From: an uncultured Clostridium sp.
GTDB lineage: Bacteria; Bacillota; Clostridia; TANB77; CAG-508
Assembly: GCA_947647115.1 (NCBI GenBank)
Contig: CANSJB010000002.1
Span: 1-38,577 of the forward strand
Length of the DNA: 38,577 bases
Reading direction: 5' to 3'
Shown: piece after piece, positions 27,440-37,253 of the stretch
Layout of the letters: each line of letters begins with the position of its first letter
Numbering within the stretch: position 1 is the first letter of the stretch
Notes under the pieces: model-generated
Told to the model about the DNA's origin: nothing
What the model saw: only the letters and a program-made list of their open reading frames with translations
The model's database searches: none
Position numbers and translations under genes: made by a program

Positions 27440-30172
27440 TTATTTTACATCATACCAATTATCTGCTTCTGACATTTCTACTAATAGTGGTACATCTAGC
27501 TTCATTGCCTGTTCCATACTTTGTTTTAAAATTTGTTTTACTTGTTCTTTTTCTTCTTTTTTACATTCTATTAATAATTCATCATGTACTTGCAAAATGA
27601 TTTTGGCTTGTAAATTTGCTTTTTCTAGATTTTCATATACTTTTATCATAGCAATTTTCATAATATCTGCTGCTGTTCCTTGAATAGGAGTATTCATAGC
27701 TGCTCTTGAGCCAAATTGTCTTACCATATAATTGTTAGAAGAAAGCTCTGGAATATATCTTCTTCTATGAAATAATGTTTCTACATACCCTTGCTGTTTT
27801 GCCACTTCTACAATGCTATCCATAAATTCTTTAACACCTTTGTATTTTTCTAGATATTGTTCTATATACGCTTCTGCTTTTTTACGCCCTATTTTTAATT
27901 GCTCTGCTAAACCAAAACCACTAATCCCATATACAATACCAAAATTAACTGCTTTTGCAGCGGTTCTTTGCTCTTTGCTAACCATTTCTAATGGTACATC
28001 AAACACTTTTGAAGCTACTTGTTTATGGATATCTTCATCTTGTTTAAAGGCTTGCTGCATATGTTTATCTTTTGAAATATGGGCTAAAATTCTTAGTTCT
28101 ATTTGCGAATAGTCTGCATCAATAAAAATGTTCCCTTTTGTTGGTTTAAAGGCTTTTCTAATTTGCTTTCCTTGTTCTTGCCTTGTTGGAATGTTTTGCA
28201 AATTTGGCTCTGTGGAGCTAATTCGTCCAGTTGCAGTAATGGTTTGATGAAAGTAGGAATGTATTTTATTTGTTTTTTCATTGATGTATGGCAATAAGCC
28301 TTCTATATAAGTAGAGTTTAGCTTTACTAAACCACGGTATTCTAAAATCTTTTCAATGACAGGATGTTCTGACTTCAGTTTTTCTAATATATCCACATCT
28401 GTTGAATAACCCGTTTTTGTTTTTTTATAAACAGGTAATTTTAGTTTTTCAAATAGAATCGTACCTAATTGCTGTGTAGAATTAATATTAAATTCTTCAC
28501 CACATAATTCATATATTGTTTGTTTTAGGTTTTCTATTTCTTCTTTTAATTTATTTCCATAGGCTATTAGCTCTTGTTTATCTACATAAATCCCTTCATA
28601 TTGCATACTTGCTAATACCTTTACCAATGGCATTTCTATATTTTCAAAAAGTTCCATTGATGTGTTTTCTTGTAGCTTTTTTAGCATAACTTCTTGCAAT
28701 TGATAAATAACATAGACTAAAATTGCTTTTTCGTATTTTTGGCTTTCTTCATTCTCATCTTGGGTTTGAAATAAATTCATTTGTGTATTTTCACTATTTT
28801 GTACTCCTAAACCTGCTAAATATTGTTGTACATCTAGATTTAAGTATTGGCTTGCTAATTCTTCTAATGGGTAACGTCCATTGGATGGGTTTAAGTCATA
28901 AGCTGCAATTTCTGCATCAAAATAAAGTCCTTCCATGCTAATTCCCATTTCTTTTAATAAGCAATAATCTTCACTTAAATGATACCCATATTTTTTAATT
29001 TGTATTGCTTCAAAAATTTCTTTTAAACAACTTATTTTTTTTGTATCTTCTTCTTTTAATTGTATTTCATATACTTTTTGATTATGATAAATGTAAATGG
29101 CTTGTAACTGTTTTACTATTATTTTTTGGGTATTTATAACATTTTTTATATTATTTTTATTTAAGTAGTAAAATAATTGTTTTTCTTGTTTTATTTGGTT
29201 TACTAAATTTTGCAGTTCTTCTATTTTGGTAATTGTTTCTATGATAAATAAGTCTTTTATATTTTGTGGTTGTTTATTTTCACTTCCCTGCAAACCAAAC
29301 CTTTCTATAAATCGATTAAAATTTAGTTCTTTAAATTTGGCAAAGACTTCCTCCTGATTCCAATCTTTTCTTTTTAAGTCTTGTATTTTTTCTTCAATTG
29401 GTACTTCTAAATTAATAGTCCCTAAAGTTTTGGAAAGCTCTGCTAATTCTTTATTTGCTATTATTTTTTCTCTCGTTTTTGGTTTTAGGTCATCTTTATT
29501 TTCTTCAATGGCTGCATATAGTTTTTCAATGGAATAATATTTTTTTATTAATTCTAGTGCTGTTTTTTCTCCTATGCCTGGTACTCCTGGAATATTGTCT
29601 GAACTATCTCCCATTAAGCCTTTTACTTCTATTAACTGCTTTGGAGTAACCCCATATTTTTCTTTTATGGCCTCTTCATCAAAAACATCTACTTCCGTTT
29701 TTCCAAGCTTTGTATGTGGTATACGTACTTTAATTGCTTTTGAAGTTAACTGAAAGGTATCCCTATCTCCTGATACAATAGTAACATCTAGGTGTTCTTT
29801 TTCTGCTTTTTTAGCAATTGTTCCTAAAATATCATCTGCTTCATAGCCCTCTTTTTCTATAATCACAATATTCATTGCCTTTAAAATTTCTTTTACAATT
29901 GGCATCTGCTCTGCTAGTTCATTTGGCATTCCTTTTCTATTTGCCTTGTAACCTTCATATAATTTATGTCTTGCTGTTGGTGCTTTTAAATCAAATGCTA
30001 CCATAAGGTGTGTTGGTTCAATGTCTTCTAATACTTTAAATAATATTGCTAAAAAACCATATACTGCATTGGTATATTTCCCATCTTTTGTGGTTAACAT
30101 TTTTGAACCCATAATGCCATAAAATGCTCTATTTAAAATACTATTTCCATCTATTAATACTATTTTTTCCAT
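27440..30172 (-). CDS. polA: DNA polymerase I
   Basis: 5'-nuclease N-terminus (KIVLIDGNS..), motif A DYSQIELR and motif C QVHDELLIE. The ORF extends to 30211, but the ATG at 30172 has RBS aagaggag and avoids overlapping the upstream gene. Confidence 0.9.
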   Translation of the reverse strand: MEKIVLIDGNSILNRAFYGIMGSKMLTTKDGKYTNAVYGFLAILFKVLEDIEPTHLMVAFDLKAPTARHKLYEGYKANRKGMPNELAEQMPIVKEILKAMNIVIIEKEGYEADDILGTIAKKAEKEHLDVTIVSGDRDTFQLTSKAIKVRIPHTKLGKTEVDVFDEEAIKEKYGVTPKQLIEVKGLMGDSSDNIPGVPGIGEKTALELIKKYYSIEKLYAAIEENKDDLKPKTREKIIANKELAELSKTLGTINLEVPIEEKIQDLKRKDWNQEEVFAKFKELNFNRFIERFGLQGSENKQPQNIKDLFIIETITKIEELQNLVNQIKQEKQLFYYLNKNNIKNVINTQKIIVKQLQAIYIYHNQKVYEIQLKEEDTKKISCLKEIFEAIQIKKYGYHLSEDYCLLKEMGISMEGLYFDAEIAAYDLNPSNGRYPLEELASQYLNLDVQQYLAGLGVQNSENTQMNLFQTQDENEESQKYEKAILVYVIYQLQEVMLKKLQENTSMELFENIEMPLVKVLASMQYEGIYVDKQELIAYGNKLKEEIENLKQTIYELCGEEFNINSTQQLGTILFEKLKLPVYKKTKTGYSTDVDILEKLKSEHPVIEKILEYRGLVKLNSTYIEGLLPYINEKTNKIHSYFHQTITATGRISSTEPNLQNIPTRQEQGKQIRKAFKPTKGNIFIDADYSQIELRILAHISKDKHMQQAFKQDEDIHKQVASKVFDVPLEMVSKEQRTAAKAVNFGIVYGISGFGLAEQLKIGRKKAEAYIEQYLEKYKGVKEFMDSIVEVAKQQGYVETLFHRRRYIPELSSNNYMVRQFGSRAAMNTPIQGTAADIMKIAMIKVYENLEKANLQAKIILQVHDELLIECKKEEKEQVKQILKQSMEQAMKLDVPLLVEMSEADNWYDVK

Positions 30173-30188
30173 TACGCATCCACTCCTC

Positions 30189-30578
30189 TTATTTTTTATA
30201 AATGTTTCCACAAGATTTACAAGTAATTTTCATTTCATAGCTAGCTACTTTTTTCTCTAAAATTGTAATTAAAGGTTCACTATCCTTTGGACAACATAAT
30301 CTATTTTTTATATTTACTAATTCATCATTACAATTTTTTCCTGTTTTACTATCTTCAAAATCTAATAATGCACTACCTTGACTTCCACAATTACATTTAT
30401 ATTTTAATTCTAATCTATCATAAGTCGAATAACATAAATAGCCTATGTTTTCATTGCACTTATCACAATACATCCAACCCCCATAATTTGTTGCTAGTCT
30501 TGTATTTAATAATTCTTTATTTTTCAATATTCTTGCCATAAATTTCCTCTCTTTATCATTATATAATTTTTCTGACAT
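30189..30578 (-). CDS. hypothetical Cys-rich (zinc-ribbon-like) protein
   Basis: 129 aa with CxxC-type pairs: CDKCNEN..CNCGS..CCP..CKSCGN. Confidence 0.45.
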   Translation of the reverse strand: MSEKLYNDKERKFMARILKNKELLNTRLATNYGGWMYCDKCNENIGYLCYSTYDRLELKYKCNCGSQGSALLDFEDSKTGKNCNDELVNIKNRLCCPKDSEPLITILEKKVASYEMKITCKSCGNIYKK

Positions 30579-30624
30579 TTCATATACATTTTATAATTCA
30601 AATGTATATGAAATATTATATTTT

Positions 30625-31620
30625 CTACTTCAATTTTTTAATATCCTCTCCCATAATTTCAAGATAATCTTTTTCAGCTTGAGTTAAATGGTTTTTCATA
30701 TATTTATCATATTCCTTATGTGCTTTTTCTAATGCCTTTTCATGAGATATTTTTCCAGCACCTTCTAATATTTCTTTATGTGTCATAGTTAAAAATCCAT
30801 CTAGTTCTTTTATCCAATCTTTCATTGTCATAGCATGCATATTTAAAGCATTAATTTCTGCTACATCTAAATAAGCTGATACCATTCTATTTAATAAATC
30901 TAATTCTTTTTCTGATAAATAATTCTTTGCAATTTCTGTTTCTGCTCTTGTAGGACTATTTCCCTTAAAATTAGTTAAACCAATATTCTCCTTTTCACTA
31001 TCTACTCTATTGAAGATTATTTCTGCTGCTGTATTTCCATGAACTGCATAATGCATCTTGTTTTGAACAGTTTTAAAAAATTCTTTTGTTTTTTCATCTC
31101 TTGCATCATAATCAATACTTGTAGCATATATATCTAAAATCTTTCTCCAAAATACTTTTTCTGATGAACGAATATCTCTAATTTTTTCTAGTACTTCTTC
31201 AAAATATACGCCACCACCATTATTTTTAAACCTATCAACATTCAAATTATATCCTTTTATTAGATATTCTTTTATTAATTTATTTGCCCATATTCTAAAT
31301 TGAGTTCCACGAATTGACTTTACACGATATCCAACTGATATAATTAAATCTAAATTGTAAAATTTTGTTTTATAATTTTTACCATCTGAGGCAGTTGTCA
31401 AGTTTTCCTTGACAACTGAATTTTCATTCAGTTCTTTTTCTTCAAAAATATTTTTTATATGTAAACTTATATTTTGTTTCGTTGTATCAAATAATTCTGC
31501 CATAGCATTTTGTGTCAGCCAAACATTTTCATCTTCAAGTCTAACTTCTATTTTAACTTGTCCATCATCAGTTGTATAAAATATTATATCATTATTTTGT
31601 TTAACTACCCCATTATCCAT
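30625..31620 (-). CDS. RhuM-family (virulence RhuM / Fic-DOC-related) protein
   Basis: The N-terminus ..IIFYTTDDGQVKIEVRLEDENVWLTQNAMAELFDTTKQNISLHIKNIFEEKEL.. is characteristic of RhuM-family proteins. Confidence 0.7.
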   Translation of the reverse strand: MDNGVVKQNNDIIFYTTDDGQVKIEVRLEDENVWLTQNAMAELFDTTKQNISLHIKNIFEEKELNENSVVKENLTTASDGKNYKTKFYNLDLIISVGYRVKSIRGTQFRIWANKLIKEYLIKGYNLNVDRFKNNGGGVYFEEVLEKIRDIRSSEKVFWRKILDIYATSIDYDARDEKTKEFFKTVQNKMHYAVHGNTAAEIIFNRVDSEKENIGLTNFKGNSPTRAETEIAKNYLSEKELDLLNRMVSAYLDVAEINALNMHAMTMKDWIKELDGFLTMTHKEILEGAGKISHEKALEKAHKEYDKYMKNHLTQAEKDYLEIMGEDIKKLK

Positions 31621-31707
31621 TTAACATCCTCCTCTCCATCATTTTGATTTACAATACATTAATAAAACCAAGCATAATCTATTATTTTTTAATTATACTA
31701 AATTTAT

Positions 31708-32742
31708 CTATCTCTTTTTTAGATTTTTAGAATAATATATCATATCAGTACAAACTAATTCTCCATCCTTTATTTCTTCGTCATAATTATCTATAAAAAA
31801 GTTCTTTATTGTTTTTTCATATTTATCAAATCCAAGTTTTACATAGAATGGAATATTATTCTCTGTTGTTCCTACTAACATCTTTTCATATTTTTGTTTA
31901 TAATTACCACATAGTGATTTTAATAATGTTTCGCTATATCCTTTTCCTCTATATTCTTCTTTTGTAACTATGTTTTTTAACTCTAAAGTTTTCCTAGAAA
32001 TCGGCAAAATAACTGCAATACAAATTATCTCATCTTCTTTTTTTAGTGCATATACATCAGAATCTGCCAAATACTTATGTATCATATCTTTTGAAGGATC
32101 AGCTAGCAAAAACATATCTATATAATCTTCTTTATTTTCGATTTTTTTGACCTGTAATCGAGGTGTTTTTTGTGTCTCGTATCCTTCTGGTAAAATAGTT
32201 TTCGTGTTACTTCGGTTATAATATCTACTTTCCTCTGAAAAAATACATCCACAATACTTTTGCATATAGAGTCCTAGTTCTCTTGCTTTTTCTTGTCCTT
32301 GCTTAAACCCAACTCTAAAATCTCTGTATAAAAAATTTAGTTGATACTTTTTGGCTATTTCTTCTAACATTTGCTTTAGTACCTCATGTTTTTGGTAAGG
32401 ACTTACTAACAAAGTGGTAGTAATTGTATCATAGCCATTTGCTTTTGCATACCTAGCAGTTTGCTCTAAGCGAACTTTGTAACAGTAGGAACTACATCTT
32501 GTATCTAAATTGTTTATAACATTTTTACAAAAAGTATCTAAGCCATATTCTTCTTCAAATATGCTATTGATTTGAATACTATTGGTATAGTCTTTTAGAC
32601 AGTCCCTTCTTGTTTTATATTCTACATAAGGGTGGATATTTGGATTATACCAATAAATGGTTGGCTCTATCTTTTCTTTTCTCAAACTATCGATGCAATA
32701 TACACTACATGGTGCGCAGCAAGTATGCATTAAAAGCTTCAT
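31708..32742 (-). CDS. queH: epoxyqueuosine reductase QueH fused to a C-terminal GNAT acetyltransferase domain
   Basis: N-terminus MKLLMHTCCAPCSVYC.. and ..YCGCIFSE (QueH/DUF208 Cys motifs). C-terminus ..ELKNIVTKEEYRGKGYSETLLKSL.. (GNAT acetyl-CoA motif). Its ATG overlaps the upstream gene's TGA (ATGA at 32739-32742). Confidence 0.7.
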   Translation of the reverse strand: MKLLMHTCCAPCSVYCIDSLRKEKIEPTIYWYNPNIHPYVEYKTRRDCLKDYTNSIQINSIFEEEYGLDTFCKNVINNLDTRCSSYCYKVRLEQTARYAKANGYDTITTTLLVSPYQKHEVLKQMLEEIAKKYQLNFLYRDFRVGFKQGQEKARELGLYMQKYCGCIFSEESRYYNRSNTKTILPEGYETQKTPRLQVKKIENKEDYIDMFLLADPSKDMIHKYLADSDVYALKKEDEIICIAVILPISRKTLELKNIVTKEEYRGKGYSETLLKSLCGNYKQKYEKMLVGTTENNIPFYVKLGFDKYEKTIKNFFIDNYDEEIKDGELVCTDMIYYSKNLKKR

Positions 32743-34172
32743 TTTCTTTCGCCTCTTTCTATTCTCATTTTATATATTTGCTCTATTTTAGAAAAAATCA
32801 CTTCTATTCCTCCTGCTGCCATAATATATAACATCATCTTAGCTAGGTAAGAATATCTTGGCTGTACTTCTATTAGTATATAAACAAAAAAGTTAGCAAG
32901 TATACTCAATAAGATGATAGTCGCATTTACATTTTTGTTCTTTTTAAATAAACTATAAATCATATAAATATTGGTTAATACTAACACTGTGCCATAAACA
33001 ATATTGTCGTATTGCAAAATAGTTTCTTTTTGCTTTTCATAGCCTTTACTTTTTTCTCCCCAGATATATTCTTTTTTTTGCCAAAATATTTTTTGTTTAT
33101 CATCTACTAATTGTACATATTCTTTCGCAGAATGTTTTTTAAAGTTATTTTTTATAAATTGTATTTCTTCTTCTCTTTTTCCTATGATATCCTTAGCTTT
33201 TGAAATATATTGTCCATTTGTTTTAACATTTGTACCACATACAAATTTCCATAACATATCATTATTTTTTAGCCCATATTGATTGATATTAGTAGTTACA
33301 ATAATAAGGCTACTAAGTTTTACAATTACTAGAAAAACAGTAACACATATGATTATTCCTTGTATCCCCTGTTTGATTGTTTGCTTATTTTTCATTTTTA
33401 CTATAAAAAAACAAATGAATACTAAAATATATAAAATTGCTTCATTTCTAATAATGTCAGATATTGCTAAAATTGCACCAATGATTACAAATTTTAAAAT
33501 CGGTTTTATCTTTAATTTACTTGAAATGGCTATATAAAATGCTATTAATATAAGCATGGATGATAAATGTTGATTAGACATAATACTTGTAAAAGTAACA
33601 GTAAACATAGTAATCGTATACAATAAGGAAACTATTTTAGCTGCTCGATTACTAAACAATTCTTTTGCTATTAAATAAATAAAACAACAACTAATAGAGG
33701 CATAAATACAATTTAAATAATGAATAGCATTTACACTTTTAAATACTGCTAATATCGCTGTTTGGTATAATACAATTCCTGTTTGATATGGCCATATCTT
33801 AAAATAATCACATGTATTTAATATATTTTCTCCTATCAGTAATTTTTGTGCTGCTTCTAAAATCGTTTCATAGTCACTATATGGTTGTATATTTAAAATT
33901 TTAAAACTGGCAATTCTAAGGATAAGTGCAAATATAAAAAGGAAAATGATAAAATATTTATCTATCCCTATCGATAGCTTACTTTGTTTTATGGTATCTA
34001 CTTCTTGATTGATTTTTAATTTATGTTTTATGAAGAAGCCTATAGCAGCAGTTATGATAGTACATATGCTGCTAAATATATAATTTGTATTAATACTAAA
34101 AATATAAAATATCACTAAAAAAGCTATGCTATATATTATTTTTTCTAATATTGATTCTACTCGTATTTTCAT
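32739..34172 (-). CDS. polytopic membrane protein, possibly GT-C type (ArnT/PMT-like) glycosyltransferase
   Basis: 477 aa with about 11-12 hydrophobic helices and a soluble loop. It lies in an operon context between ruvB and queH. The family assignment is tentative. Confidence 0.4.
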   Translation of the reverse strand: MKIRVESILEKIIYSIAFLVIFYIFSINTNYIFSSICTIITAAIGFFIKHKLKINQEVDTIKQSKLSIGIDKYFIIFLFIFALILRIASFKILNIQPYSDYETILEAAQKLLIGENILNTCDYFKIWPYQTGIVLYQTAILAVFKSVNAIHYLNCIYASISCCFIYLIAKELFSNRAAKIVSLLYTITMFTVTFTSIMSNQHLSSMLILIAFYIAISSKLKIKPILKFVIIGAILAISDIIRNEAILYILVFICFFIVKMKNKQTIKQGIQGIIICVTVFLVIVKLSSLIIVTTNINQYGLKNNDMLWKFVCGTNVKTNGQYISKAKDIIGKREEEIQFIKNNFKKHSAKEYVQLVDDKQKIFWQKKEYIWGEKSKGYEKQKETILQYDNIVYGTVLVLTNIYMIYSLFKKNKNVNATIILLSILANFFVYILIEVQPRYSYLAKMMLYIMAAGGIEVIFSKIEQIYKMRIERGERK

Positions 34173-34181
34173 TGTAACTTA

Positions 34182-35189
34182 TTATTCCCCTTCATAAGCA
34201 ATTCCCATATGTGCATAAGCAGCTGGCATTGCTACTCTTCCCCTAACAGTCCTTGCAATAAACCCTATTTGTATCAAATAAGGTTCATAAACATCTTCTA
34301 CTGTTTCTGCTTCTTCTCCTATGGTTGTTGCTATTGTTTCAATTCCTACAGCTCTTCCTTGATATTTAATTATCATTGTTTCTAATATTTTCCTGTCTAC
34401 ATCATCTAAGCCCATTTCATCAATCTCTAATCTTCCTAAAGCTGTTTTTGTAATTTTTATATTGATATTACCATCGCCTAAAACTAAGGCATAATCTCTA
34501 ACTCTTTTTAATAATCTATTGGCTATTCTAGGTGTGCCTCTTGAGCGTCTTGCAATTTCTGTTGCTGATTCTTCATCTATTTCGATTTCTAAAATTTTAG
34601 CTGACCTTTTTACAATTGTAGTTAAATGTTTGGTTTGATATAATTCTAAATGATGAATAATACCAAAACGGTCTCTTAATGGTGTTGCTAGCGCTCCTGC
34701 TCTTGTTGTTGCACCTATTAAGGTGAATTTTGGTAAGTCAAGTCTAATTGACCTTGCGCTTGGACCTTTTCCTATCATAATATCTAAGGTATAGTCTTCT
34801 AAAGCAGGATATAATATTTCTTCTACACTTTTGTTTAACCTATGTATCTCATCAATAAATAATACATCAAATTCTGAAAGATTGGTTAATAATGCTGCTA
34901 AATCTCCTGGCTTTTCTATAGCTGGACCTGAGGTTATTTTAATATTAGAGTTCATTTCATTTGAAATGATATTAGCAAGTGTTGTTTTTCCAAGTCCTGG
35001 AGGTCCATATAATAAAACATGATCCAGAGGCTCTTCTCTTTTTTTAGCTGCCTCTATATAAATTTTCATGTTTTCTTTTACTTTTTCTTGTCCGATATAT
35101 TCATCTAAGGTTTTTGGTCTTAAAGAATTTTCCATTCTTTCTTCTTCTACATCTTCTATTTGTGGACTTATAATTCTTTCCTCTTCCAT
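34182..35189 (-). CDS. ruvB: Holliday junction branch migration DNA helicase RuvB
   Basis: [19 protein letters not shown].., Walker [10 protein letters not shown], Walker [10 protein letters not shown], ..[15 protein letters not shown].. Confidence 0.95.
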   Translation of the reverse strand: MEEERIISPQIEDVEEERMENSLRPKTLDEYIGQEKVKENMKIYIEAAKKREEPLDHVLLYGPPGLGKTTLANIISNEMNSNIKITSGPAIEKPGDLAALLTNLSEFDVLFIDEIHRLNKSVEEILYPALEDYTLDIMIGKGPSARSIRLDLPKFTLIGATTRAGALATPLRDRFGIIHHLELYQTKHLTTIVKRSAKILEIEIDEESATEIARRSRGTPRIANRLLKRVRDYALVLGDGNINIKITKTALGRLEIDEMGLDDVDRKILETMIIKYQGRAVGIETIATTIGEEAETVEDVYEPYLIQIGFIARTVRGRVAMPAAYAHMGIAYEGE

Positions 35190-35210
35190 GTTTTGCTCCT
35201 CTTTTTTAGT

Positions 35211-36361
35211 TTATGATTTATCACGCCTGATGTTTTTATCCTCTTTTATGATATATTTTTTACTATCTCTTATTTCTTGCTTGGTTACTTTTTTTACTTT
35301 AAAAATATCTTTATACCCTATTGCTACAATGGCTATGGCAAGTAGTGCAAAAGAAAGTGCTTTCCATGGACCACTTTCTAATAAAACAATCGCAAACATA
35401 CCAAACATAGCAGTTAGTCCATATAAAATAAATACTGCTTGTTTTTGGCTATATCCTCTTTTCATTAAACGATGATGCAAATGCCCTTTATCTGCTTGAA
35501 ATACTGCTTTGATTGATTTGCCTTTTATCATCCTACGAATGATAGCAAAAAGTGTATCAAAAATAGGTAATGCTAGTACAATAATTGGTGCTATTAATAC
35601 AATTGCTGTATAGGTTTTAGCCACTCCGAAGTATGGATATAATAGAAAGTCCAAAACCTAAAAAATTGGAACCTACATCTCCTATAAAGGTTCTTGCTGG
35701 ACTAAAATTAAATGGCAAAAATCCTACAATTGCTCCTGCTAATGCTGTGATTAATAAAATAGCAATAATAGGTGACTGATTTAGGGTAAAAATAATCAAT
35801 AAGGAAATACAAGAAATCAGAGTAATTCCTGATGATAAGCCATCTAAGCCATCGATTAAGTTAATTGCATTTGTAATTCCTATAATCCAACCAATTGTTA
35901 AAATATAAGAAAACCAATCTTGAAACCAAATTTGATTATCCATAAATGGAATATTTACATTTTCAATTTTAATACCACATGCAACTACAACAGCTGCAGC
36001 AACAATTTGGGCAATTAACTTTCCCCAGCTTGGTATGCCTTTAGAGTCATCCATAAAGCAAACAATACCTAATATTAAAATGCCTATAAAAAAGCCTAAT
36101 AATTTTAAACCATATTGCTCATTTCCAAATAAATTAACTGACTTTTCTAGATTCATTACAATTAATAAATATATTGTAGATACTAAAAAACCACAAATAA
36201 CAGCTAAACCTCCGAAGTCTTGGCATTGGTCTTTTATTTACCCTTCTATCACTTGGTACATCAATAGCACCTACTTTTTTAGCAAGCCTCATGGTATATG
36301 GTGTTAATACAAATGCTGTAATAAATGCTAATAAAAATGCAATTGCAATATCTCCCCACAT
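35211..36361 (-). CDS. MraY-like GT4 family undecaprenyl-phosphate sugar-1-phosphate transferase (WecA/TagO-like); needs two +1 events at in-frame CGG
   Basis: Pieces 36134-36361, 35617-36156 and 35211-35654 join as ..KRPMPRL-G-GLAVICGFLVSTIYLLIVMNLEKS.. and ..GFGLSIISIL-G-VAKTYTAIVLIAPIIVLALPIFDT.. Family motifs are present: PRLGG, NAINLIDGLDGL and FIGDVGS. The restored protein is 382 aa. Confidence 0.8.
35625..35628 (-). other. recoding site: in-frame CGG, reading resumes +1 at GGA (Gly); quadruplet CGGA
   Basis: mRNA sense ata ctt cgg agt ggc taa in the 0 frame versus ctt(c)gga gtg gct aaa acc tat in the +1 frame. Confidence 0.8.
36211..36214 (-). other. recoding site: in-frame CGG, reading resumes +1 at GGA (Gly); quadruplet CGGA
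   Basis: mRNA sense cca aga ctt cgg agg ttt in the 0 frame versus ctt(c)gga ggt tta gct gtt att tgt in the +1 frame. Confidence 0.8.
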
Positions 36362-36384
36362 AGCTTTTTTCCCTCTTCCTTGTT

Positions 36385-37089
36385 TTATTTTTCATCACAT
36401 AATACTTCAATTGGGTAATCTATAAATAAGCCACTTTCTATGACACCTGTAATAGATTTAATATCTTCTTCTAATGTGTCATAAATTTCAGTAAATTTTG
36501 TTTCTAAAATCACATTATGATTTTCTGTAAAAACTGGGCCATCTTTTTTCTGGGCTTTTCTTAAAGTACATTCTATTACTCCTAAATCTAGTAATGCTTC
36601 TTTTACACTATTGACAGCTTCTGGGTACACTTCAATCGGAATACTAAAGTTTTCTCCTAATTTTTCTACAAATTTACTTTCGTCTGCTAAAATGTAGGTA
36701 ATTCCTGAGTTAACCATGTTTAGCTTTTCTTTAAAAAGTGCTGCTCCTCTACCTTTTATTAGCCAATTATGATTTTTATCTATTTCATCTGCTCCATCAA
36801 AACTCCAATCTGGTTTGCAATTTAAAATACTAGTTGTTGGAATTTTAAGTTCTTGACATAGCATTTTCACTTCATAAGAGGTTGGTATTGCAGTAATTGT
36901 AATATTTTCTTCTTCTATTTTTTTGGCAATTTCTTGAATGGCTAAGTAAGATGTAGAACCTGAACCAAATCCTATAATATCTCCTGCTTTTACTTTTTGA
37001 GCTATTTTTTTAGCTACTTTTTCTTTTTCTTGTTTATTGGTTATATTTTGTGGTTGTATTTCATAAGCAGTATTATTAATCCATTCCAT
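36385..37089 (-). CDS. rpiA: ribose-5-phosphate isomerase A
   Basis: MEWINN..KAGDIIGFGSGSTSY..SFDGADEID..LIKGRGAALFKEK.. with RBS aaggagaaaaaa upstream of the ATG at 37089. The ORF-track extension to 37377 is low-complexity and overlaps the tyrS start. Confidence 0.85.
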   Translation of the reverse strand: MEWINNTAYEIQPQNITNKQEKEKVAKKIAQKVKAGDIIGFGSGSTSYLAIQEIAKKIEEENITITAIPTSYEVKMLCQELKIPTTSILNCKPDWSFDGADEIDKNHNWLIKGRGAALFKEKLNMVNSGITYILADESKFVEKLGENFSIPIEVYPEAVNSVKEALLDLGVIECTLRKAQKKDGPVFTENHNVILETKFTEIYDTLEEDIKSITGVIESGLFIDYPIEVLCDEK

Positions 37090-37253
37090 ATTTTTTTCTC
37101 CTTGTAAGCTTATTTTTATTAGCTGTATTATATCATTAGGCTTGCTATAAAGTAAACTAATTTTTGCAAAAAAGTGAAAAAGCTTGTATTTTAACATTTT
37201 TATGGTAAAATAATAGTAATTCATAAACATAACAATTTTAAGGAGGAATAGAT

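Noticed and set aside
37090-37253. T-box leader upstream of tyrS, as is common in Firmicutes
   Set aside because: The intergenic region is only 164 nt, lacks the GC-rich T-box sequence or a terminator/antiterminator pair, and looks like a plain promoter plus RBS.
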